From positions 1-33,027 of the forward strand of contig JAZUBG010000036.1 in assembly GCA_045638405.1 (NCBI GenBank): 33,027 bases of DNA, written 5' to 3'. The position numbers and the translations under genes are program-made. Positions 26,444 to 33,027 of this stretch are shown piece after piece; within the stretch, counting starts at the first letter, position 1, and each line of letters opens with the position of its first letter. This DNA comes from Eubacteriales bacterium (GTDB taxonomy: Bacteria > Bacillota > Clostridia > Oscillospirales > CAG-272). The notes beneath the pieces were generated by a model. The model was not told the origin of the DNA and ran no database searches. It saw only the letters and a list, made by a program, of their open reading frames with translations.

Positions 26444-28093
26444 GTGGTTAAGAGTATAAATATTGTTCAGTATCGAAAGTTGAAAGACTTGTCATTAAAT
26501 TTTTCTAAAAAGATTAATGCTATTTCTGGAACCAATGGTACGTGCAAAACGTCTTTGTTGCATTTGTTGGGAAATTCTCTGCAAGCACCAACTAAGGGGT
26601 GTTCTTGGATAACCGATGATAAATGTTTGCCTATTATTAAATCGGTGAATAATGTAACAAATCCCAAGGTTGAAAGTCTTACGCGAGGGGATCAAACCTA
26701 TAATGATCCTGCACACGGTATAAAAGGTTCGCTGTTTTCGGTTGATTATTATGGCGCAGAAACCTTGGACTTCAGACGTCACAATTCAACCCAAATGACA
26801 CGCTATGCTGTTAAGCCGAAGTATCAGCCCGGAACAAAAGATACATTACCGCATTGCCCTGTGATTTACTTAGGTCTTTCGAGATTAGTACCCTTCGGGG
26901 AATTTCAAAATGATGATGCTTTGTCGACTATCAAAAAGAAATTACCCCAAACTTACCAAGATGAAATCGCGTCACTGTATAAGAAGTTTACCAATTACAC
27001 CATCGCATTCAATGACACAAAACAAATGGGTGACATTAAGGTGAGAAGTGAATTTTCCAGCAATATAGAAGGTATTGATTCCAATACTATTTCTGCCGGA
27101 GAAGACAACCTAAGTATAATACTAACGGCATTGATCTCGTTGAAATATTACTATCAATCAATTAACTCTACAAAAGAGGTGGAAAGTGTTCTCTTAATAG
27201 ATGAAATGGATGCAACCTTGCACCCAGCTTTTCAAATTAAGCTGTTGAATCTCTTTCGCGAAATGTCGGATTTGTACAAGATTCAGATTGTATTTACAAC
27301 GCATAGTATGTCTTTGCTTGAAGAGATGCTTTCTAAAAAAGACAACGTATTGTATTTGGTCGATAATTTAACTTCGGTATTCCTTATGGAAGAACCCGAT
27401 ATCTATAAAATCAAAATGCACTTGCAATCTCTAACGCAGGAAGATATTTATGAAGACAAGGTAATTCCTTTATTCACCGAAGATGATGAAGCACGTTGCT
27501 TGCTTGATTTGCTATTTGATTACTATCAAAAAACGTATCCCGAATTTAGGAATATAAGTGGATTGTTTCATAAAGTTCTTACAAATATCAGTGCGGAAAA
27601 TTTAACAGGTATATTCACAGACGGGAAACTGTTACATACGACAATGCGTTCCATTTGTCTTTTGGATGGAGATCATAAATCCGATATAACTAATTTCATC
27701 GTTGCACTTCCCGGTAAAGCTTCACCTGAAACGGTTTTGATTGGTTATGCAGAAAAACTCTATAGTGAAGATGATGCTTTCTGGAGAGAGAGAACCATTG
27801 TCAATAAAGGCTATACCAAAACTTATTATATAAACAATATCAAGAATGCGGTTGATGAATTTGAAGCACAAATTGTTAGCTTACACGAAAATGGAGAATC
27901 GGCAAAGGGCAAAAGACGTAAATTTTATAAAGAGTTGTTTAACGATAATAAAACCTTTTTCACACTACTGTTTAAGCATTGGATTCATAATCCAATAAAT
28001 AAATCAGAAGTAGATAGGTTTTATAATGAGTTGCACATTGTATTTTTGAAAGTGGCTCCGTATCACGAGATTAATCCGAAAGAATGGGCATGA
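26444..28093 (+). CDS. ABC-type ATPase with C-terminal TOPRIM-like domain (OLD/AriA-like clade)
   Basis: Walker A GTNGTCKT, signature ISAGE, Walker B LIDEMDATLHP, FTTHS; then FTED and LDGD acidic motifs. Confidence 0.8.
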   Translation: MVKSINIVQYRKLKDLSLNFSKKINAISGTNGTCKTSLLHLLGNSLQAPTKGCSWITDDKCLPIIKSVNNVTNPKVESLTRGDQTYNDPAHGIKGSLFSVDYYGAETLDFRRHNSTQMTRYAVKPKYQPGTKDTLPHCPVIYLGLSRLVPFGEFQNDDALSTIKKKLPQTYQDEIASLYKKFTNYTIAFNDTKQMGDIKVRSEFSSNIEGIDSNTISAGEDNLSIILTALISLKYYYQSINSTKEVESVLLIDEMDATLHPAFQIKLLNLFREMSDLYKIQIVFTTHSMSLLEEMLSKKDNVLYLVDNLTSVFLMEEPDIYKIKMHLQSLTQEDIYEDKVIPLFTEDDEARCLLDLLFDYYQKTYPEFRNISGLFHKVLTNISAENLTGIFTDGKLLHTTMRSICLLDGDHKSDITNFIVALPGKASPETVLIGYAEKLYSEDDAFWRERTIVNKGYTKTYYINNIKNAVDEFEAQIVSLHENGESAKGKRRKFYKELFNDNKTFFTLLFKHWIHNPINKSEVDRFYNELHIVFLKVAPYHEINPKEWA

Positions 28094-28113
28094 ATATGAG
28101 AGGAGGGATTGAT

Positions 28114-28944
28114 TTGCCAATAACACCATCACCATTGAGATATCCCGGTGGTAAAACCAAATTGTATGAGTATGTTAAGTCTATTATAAAGGCAAACAAT
28201 CTAATAGGAGAAACTTACATTGAACCTTTTGCGGGTGGCGCAGGTCTTGCTTTGAAACTTCTATTGAACGGAGATGTTAAGAAGATTGTTATAAACGATT
28301 TGGATCCTGCAATATATGCATTTTGGTATGTTGTGTTAAACCAAACAGACGATATTTGCAACTTTATAACGACCGTTCCCGTAACATTAGATGAATGGGA
28401 TAAGCAACACGATATCTATGTCAATCAAGCCGCACATACTCAATTGGAACTTGCCCAAGCGACATTTTTCCTTAATCGAACCAATATTTCTGGTGTGATT
28501 ACCGGAGGTATGATTGGCGGAAGAAAACAAGAGGGAAAATATAAGATAGACGCTCGTTTCAATAGAACGCAACTCGTTGAGAGAATACGAAAAATAGCAA
28601 ATTATTCTGATAAAATTGACCTTTATAATTTAGATGCGATTGATTTTATAAAACCCGAGGTCTTAGGACATTACTACAAAGTTTTTATTAATTTTGATCC
28701 ACCTTATGTCGATAAGGGCGGTGAATTATACAAGAACTCGTTCACCGAAGAAGATCATCGAATTTTAAGAGATCATATCGCTCAATGCAATCGCAAATGG
28801 ATTGTAACATATGATATATGTGACTTGGTTGCAGAGCTATATTCTTCATATCGTGGTGGTACAGTGGATATTTATTATAGTGCCAACAAAGCTAAAAAAG
28901 CTCAAGAATATATTTTCTTTAGTGACAACTTGATTTTACCGTAA
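28114..28944 (+). CDS. D12-class (Dam-like) N6-adenine DNA methyltransferase
   Basis: SPLRYPGGK, YIEPFAGGAG, INDLD, DPPY. TTG start at 28114 after AGGAGG; alternatives at 28084 and 28096. Confidence 0.9.
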   Translation: MPITPSPLRYPGGKTKLYEYVKSIIKANNLIGETYIEPFAGGAGLALKLLLNGDVKKIVINDLDPAIYAFWYVVLNQTDDICNFITTVPVTLDEWDKQHDIYVNQAAHTQLELAQATFFLNRTNISGVITGGMIGGRKQEGKYKIDARFNRTQLVERIRKIANYSDKIDLYNLDAIDFIKPEVLGHYYKVFINFDPPYVDKGGELYKNSFTEEDHRILRDHIAQCNRKWIVTYDICDLVAELYSSYRGGTVDIYYSANKAKKAQEYIFFSDNLILP

Positions 28945-28978
28945 TGTGAATTGGTTGATCGAAATAAATCTAATATAT

Positions 28979-29022
28979 AGCCACCATCAAACGCTTCATT
29001 ATATGATGGTGGCTTTTGTTTT
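28979..29022 (+). terminator. Intrinsic terminator closing the defence gene run
   Basis: AGCCACCATCA / TGATGGTGGCT then TTTGTTTT. Confidence 0.8.
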
Positions 29023-29088
29023 TAGTTTAACAAAACGTTTCGTCACGAAAATTCTATGCATATTTCGTTTATATAATCTTCTTCCGTA

Positions 29089-29117
29089 TTGACTTTACGC
29101 TGATTTTGTGTTATAAT
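29089..29117 (+). promoter_or_regulatory. Sigma-A promoter of Xre-SWIM-integrase
   Basis: TTGACT-17 bp-TATAAT with TG. Confidence 0.72.
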
Positions 29118-29147
29118 ATCTATATACGAAAAGCGAGGTGCATTTTA

Positions 29148-29516
29148 ATGACGAAAATTATTGGCAAACGACTGAGAGAACTGCGTGTAGAAAACCGTTA
29201 CTCCCAGCAGCAGATTGCAGAAATGTGTGGATCGACCCAGGCAACTATCGGAAGATACGAGCAGGGACTTGTTGACGTTGCTCTGGACAAGCTATTTTGG
29301 TACGCAGAAACCTTTGAGGTGTCCTTGGATTATATTTTTGGAAGAACAGATGATCCCAAGGGGCATCTGTACGAAAAAGACGAGCCGTCCTTGCCTTCCG
29401 ATGCAAGTATTAATGACTTTATAGAGTTCTGCTTTGATCCTGCATCTCCCGCCAACGCCAAGCTAAAAAAGATGCTTGTGCAGTTGATGCAAGATAGCAC
29501 AAAGCAACCCGATTAA
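29148..29516 (+). CDS. Xre-family HTH repressor
   Basis: IGKRLRELR..YSQQQIAE..GSTQATIGRYEQG...VSLDYIFGRTD; GAGGTG RBS before ATG 29148. Confidence 0.9.
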   Translation: MTKIIGKRLRELRVENRYSQQQIAEMCGSTQATIGRYEQGLVDVALDKLFWYAETFEVSLDYIFGRTDDPKGHLYEKDEPSLPSDASINDFIEFCFDPASPANAKLKKMLVQLMQDSTKQPD

Positions 29517-29543
29517 TTTTAGAACACAGTGAGAGGTAAAGAT

Positions 29544-30011
29544 ATGGGACTGATTGAATGTACAAGCGGTGCATCTCTTTGGCGCGGATATGATTATTAC
29601 AAAGGGAACAAGGTAAAGAATTTTCAAAAAATCAACGATACTCAGTATGCTGCCGATGTTGTCGGCACAATGAGCGAACCATATAAGGTACTTATTGATG
29701 TTGCACATCCAAGAACGTCAAAATGCAACTGCCCTCATGCAGATGGTAAACGCATCGTGTGTAAGCATATGATGGCGGTATATTTCACTGCCTTTCCGGA
29801 AGAAGCTCAGAGAATCTATGATGAAATGATTGCCTATCAAGAAGAGGAAGAAAAACGCGAAGAAGAATTAACGGATAGGATCTGCCAATACGTTTGGAAA
29901 ATGAAGAAAAGCGAAGCCCAACAAGCTTTACTTGAATTGCTATTTGATGGACCCGAATGGCAATTTGATAGATTTGTAAGAGAACACGATTTGGAGGACG
30001 ATTATTATTAA
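29544..30011 (+). CDS. SWIM zinc-finger protein
   Basis: RGYDYY, V.G...Y.V, CNCP...CKHMMA (CxC..CxH). Confidence 0.85.
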   Translation: MGLIECTSGASLWRGYDYYKGNKVKNFQKINDTQYAADVVGTMSEPYKVLIDVAHPRTSKCNCPHADGKRIVCKHMMAVYFTAFPEEAQRIYDEMIAYQEEEEKREEELTDRICQYVWKMKKSEAQQALLELLFDGPEWQFDRFVREHDLEDDYY

Positions 30012-30033
30012 AACACAGAAGGGAGAAAGCACA

Positions 30034-31536
30034 TTGAAAGCCGTAATTTACGCTCGATATTCATCGGACAGTCAGCGTGAAGAAAGTATAGATGGTCAGC
30101 TCCGTGAGTGTATGGAATTTGCCAAATACAACGAAATGACCGTTGTTAACACCTATATTGACCGCGCACTGTCTGCAAAAACAGATAATCGTCCTGAGTT
30201 TCAGCGAATGATTAAAGATAGCTACAAATGCAACTTTGATGTGGTGATCGTATGGAAGTTAGACCGTTTTGCACGTAATCGCTATGACTCAGCGCACTAC
30301 AAGGCACTTCTTAAAAAGAACCGTGTGCGTGTGGTATCTGCTAAAGAAACCATTTCTGAAGGCGCAGAAGGCATTCTGCTCGAATCCTTGCTTGAAGGCT
30401 ATGCAGAATACTACTCCGTAGAACTTGCCGAGAAAGTCAAACGAGGACTTACAGAGAACGCTCTGAAAGGTGTTTGGAACGGCGGGACCGTTCCTTTCGG
30501 ATATATAGTTAACAAGCAAACTCAGAAGTTGGAAATCGATCCACTTGCAGAAGATGTTGTTCGTGAAATCTTTGATATGGCTTATGACGGTAAGACCGTC
30601 AAAGAGATTCATCGTTATTTAGAAGAAAAGAACATCACGCGTTCCAACGGGAAACCGCTCCGCTATAATGCAGTACGCTATATTCTCTCCAATCGTACGT
30701 ACATAGGCGAATACAATCATTCGGGTGTATTGATTGAAGATGGTGTTCCCGCAATCATTGATAAAGCTTGTTTTGAAAGAGTTCAAGGCGAATTAAAAAA
30801 GAACTCCAAAGCACCGGCACGTCACACAGCAGACGATGATTATCTTCTCACAACGAAATTGTTCTGCGGTAAATGCGGGGCAATGATGGTAGCACAGGCA
30901 GGCACAAGCCACACAGGAAAAGTCCACCGCTATTATGCTTGTGTTCGTCAGAAAAAGCATAAGTGTGATAAAAAGATGATGCACAAGGAAAAGCTTGAAA
31001 ACTTTATCGTGTACAAAACGATGGAGATTTTGAATAACGACTCTGTAATTGAAGAACTCTCGGCTCTGCTCTATAATCTGCAGTACAACGAAAGCACCAT
31101 TCTTCCACAGTTGGAGCAACAGTTGAAAGAACGCGAAAAAGAGATCGAAAACATTGTAAATGTTATTCAGCAAGGAATTGCTTCTCAGGCGTTGGTAAAA
31201 CGGCTCGGAGAACTTGAAGCATCAAAGAACGAAATCAGCGACGCCATTATCAAAGAGCAAATTCAGTCACCGACCTACACTCAGGACGAATACAGAATGG
31301 CTCTTACAAACTATCGAAAGATAGACCTTACTCAGCAAGACGGCAAAAGAAAAATCATCGACACATTCATCAATGCGATTTATGTATACGATGATCATTT
31401 CAAAATCGTATATAACGGTAATAACAAAGAGGAAACAGTTAGTCTTGAAGCACTCGAAAACAGTTCAACCTTGTTTTCATCCGGTGCAAAAAACGAAAAA
31501 GACCGTGTTAGCGGTCTTTTTCGTTTTTACGGGTGA
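30034..31536 (+). CDS. Large serine recombinase (integrase)
   Basis: YARYSS catalytic motif, RPEFQRM, KLDRFARN, GG.VPFGY, zinc ribbon LFCGKCG..YYAC..C, coiled coil; TTG start. Its 3' end spans attR. Confidence 0.95.
   Translation: MKAVIYARYSSDSQREESIDGQLRECMEFAKYNEMTVVNTYIDRALSAKTDNRPEFQRMIKDSYKCNFDVVIVWKLDRFARNRYDSAHYKALLKKNRVRVVSAKETISEGAEGILLESLLEGYAEYYSVELAEKVKRGLTENALKGVWNGGTVPFGYIVNKQTQKLEIDPLAEDVVREIFDMAYDGKTVKEIHRYLEEKNITRSNGKPLRYNAVRYILSNRTYIGEYNHSGVLIEDGVPAIIDKACFERVQGELKKNSKAPARHTADDDYLLTTKLFCGKCGAMMVAQAGTSHTGKVHRYYACVRQKKHKCDKKMMHKEKLENFIVYKTMEILNNDSVIEELSALLYNLQYNESTILPQLEQQLKEREKEIENIVNVIQQGIASQALVKRLGELEASKNEISDAIIKEQIQSPTYTQDEYRMALTNYRKIDLTQQDGKRKIIDTFINAIYVYDDHFKIVYNGNNKEETVSLEALENSSTLFSSGAKNEKDRVSGLFRFYG
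31489..31528. terminator. Original tRNA-Leu terminator hairpin, now at the island right end
   Basis: AAAAACGAAAAAGACCG / CGGTCTTTTTCGTTTTT, followed by CGGGTGACAGG, the reverse complement of tRNA bases 18082-18092. Confidence 0.8.
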
Positions 31537-31931
31537 CAGGCTCGAAGACACCTCCCAAGATGCACAGCGTCTGTTGAGTTTCACTCCGCAAGACGCAACT
31601 TGTGTTTCGCGTAACGAAACAGTCACTTCAAGTCCTTTTCGCCGATGGCGAAACAAGAGTTTTAGCGAATTTGTTTTACGAATGCCGGACACGCAAATAT
31701 CTCCACCTCTCCCGACAATTATCCTCAATATTTCTTACTTTTCTCACCGTTACATGATATAATGTTCCCAACAAGAACACATTCCAAGAGAACAGAATAA
31801 AAAAGATTTATTTAATATTTTTGTCAAAATATCTCATACTTTGTATCTTTTTGTGGTATAATTGTCTCAGCAAAGCATTCGATCGCAAAAAAACATATGC
31901 AAAAACACTAAAACGCCAAGGAGATATAATT

Positions 31932-33027
31932 ATGAAAAGGATTTTTAGCTTTATTATTATGCTGGCACTGCTTTTGCCGTCAGTTACGGGAATTCTTTCG
32001 TCCATTGAGATAAATGCGAAAGTAAAAGATGAAACAGTAAGGTATACCGTTCTCATTCTCGATACTATGGGGGAGTATACCATCAATTCCAGCAACTACG
32101 ATACGGTTGTCGTCGGTTCGTCTCTTGATAATGTAAAGAATGCAAGTGTCAGTTTTGTTGAAAAGCTGGCAAACATCGGTGGTGAAAACTATGTTGCAGT
32201 AGTTCACTGCGGAAACGAATCCTTTATCGAATCCGACTTCACCGCCAATGCAAATGATCTGGAAGATACTATCTATGCTATGGAAGAAAATCCTGACGGA
32301 TTTTCCGACGTTAATTATGCCTTTGAACTTGCTGACAGTCTTATGTCACTTGTCCCTGATAATGCAGTCCGAAACATAGTTTATTTCTCCGGATGTACGC
32401 CTGCGGGAGGAGATTACGAATATGACGGAGTATATACGGAAGATGACTGTTCTTATTACGTTTCACTCACCGAAATACCACTCTATGCACATGCAAACAC
32501 TGTCTATAACACCACTCGTTCTCTTTTCTCGAAAGGTTATAACGTTTACACTCTCGGATGCGTAACCAATCTGGAAGAACAACCGGAAAACTATAATTTT
32601 TTCATAAAAGTCATGAGTGATATTGCCAATGCGGGTTACTACGACGCTGCAAACCCCGAAGATCTTGAATTCGTATTCGGTGAAGTCGCAGAAGTAATCA
32701 TGAGCAGTGTCACGGGAACTTTCAAATACAGACCGGGAAAAGATACCGAAGATTACAGAGACGTCGAAGCAACGTATTTTTACAGCGACAGCTATTTTTG
32801 TGATTATGCTTACAACTACAATCCTCATCTTGCCACGATGTCACTTTGTCTGGAGTTATCTGCGTTTGCCAGCTTGGAAGCAACTTCAAAGAAAGACTAT
32901 AAAAATCAGGCTCAGAACGCAAGAACACTTCTCTATGACATTGGTTTCGAAAAAATAATGACCAATGACGATTTCGGAGAAAAGATGACTACCGAATCAA
33001 TGGGAGTCATTGCCGCACAGAAGCAGA
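31932..33027 (+). CDS. Secreted vWA-domain protein followed by a lipase-class-3-like region; runs off the window end
   Basis: Not in the ORF track. AAGGAG RBS, MKRIFSFIIMLALLLP signal, YTVLILDT, RNIVYFS, VYTLG (vWA); YSDSYF..YNPHLATMSL.LELSAF. Open to the window end. Confidence 0.75.
   Translation, partial: MKRIFSFIIMLALLLPSVTGILSSIEINAKVKDETVRYTVLILDTMGEYTINSSNYDTVVVGSSLDNVKNASVSFVEKLANIGGENYVAVVHCGNESFIESDFTANANDLEDTIYAMEENPDGFSDVNYAFELADSLMSLVPDNAVRNIVYFSGCTPAGGDYEYDGVYTEDDCSYYVSLTEIPLYAHANTVYNTTRSLFSKGYNVYTLGCVTNLEEQPENYNFFIKVMSDIANAGYYDAANPEDLEFVFGEVAEVIMSSVTGTFKYRPGKDTEDYRDVEATYFYSDSYFCDYAYNYNPHLATMSLCLELSAFASLEATSKKDYKNQAQNARTLLYDIGFEKIMTNDDFGEKMTTESMGVIAAQKQ

Larger units (their letters stand above)
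18095..31488. mobile_element. Serine-integrase genomic island (defence island) integrated at the tRNA-Leu 3' end
   Basis: Shared GCA core at 18092-18094 and 31486-31488. Removing the element restores a long tRNA-terminator hairpin. Circularising it gives a GGTGCACC-centred attP and a continuous integrase ORF. Cargo is AT-richer than host genes. Confidence 0.85.

Noticed and set aside
23411-28093. Septu or retron-type ATPase + HNH system
   Set aside because: The HNH genes are coupled to the C5 MTases and separated from the ATPase by two genes; no reverse transcriptase is present.
1423-32958. Numerous short ORFs nested in or antisense to the long genes
   Set aside because: Shadows of well-supported CDSs, with no independent motifs or RBS.
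1-33027. CCGG avoidance as evidence of a CCGG-cutting enzyme
   Set aside because: CCGG occurs often in both host and island DNA by eye; no depletion evident, and not counted formally.

Overview
Chromosomal window from a Firmicute, most likely a Clostridia-class bacterium (SLH protein, lipoprotein signals, sigma-A promoters, AGGAGG ribosome-binding sites). Bases 1-18097 are mostly host genes. They include the 3' end of a REP-associated Y1 transposase, an AT-rich nucleotidyltransferase, two tandem DUF4838-like lipoproteins, MATE and MacB-type transporters, msrC, two acyltransferase paralogs, an Ogg-like glycosylase, an SLH protein, an E2-like acyltransferase and tRNA-Leu(TAG). A 13.4-kb integrative element (about 18095-31488) sits at the tRNA 3' end. 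Both junctions can be reconstructed from the sequence: a GCA core, a split hairpin, and a serine-integrase ORF that changes its C-terminus on excision. The element backbone is a large serine integrase, Xre and SWIM genes, a small ORF, and an intact tyrosine-recombinase-like gene. That gene lies beside about 1.5 kb of hairpin- and repeat-rich non-coding DNA containing a nic-like motif. The cargo is two putative defence modules. The first is Xre-Vsr-[M.HpaII-like C5 MTase fused to wHTH-HNH-wHTH]-[paralogous wHTH-HNH-wHTH]-second C5 MTase. The second is ParB-like/HEPN-like protein + ABC-ATPase/TOPRIM + N6-adenine MTase. The window ends inside a secreted vWA/lipase-like gene. All family calls are by motif recognition from memory; no searches were run.
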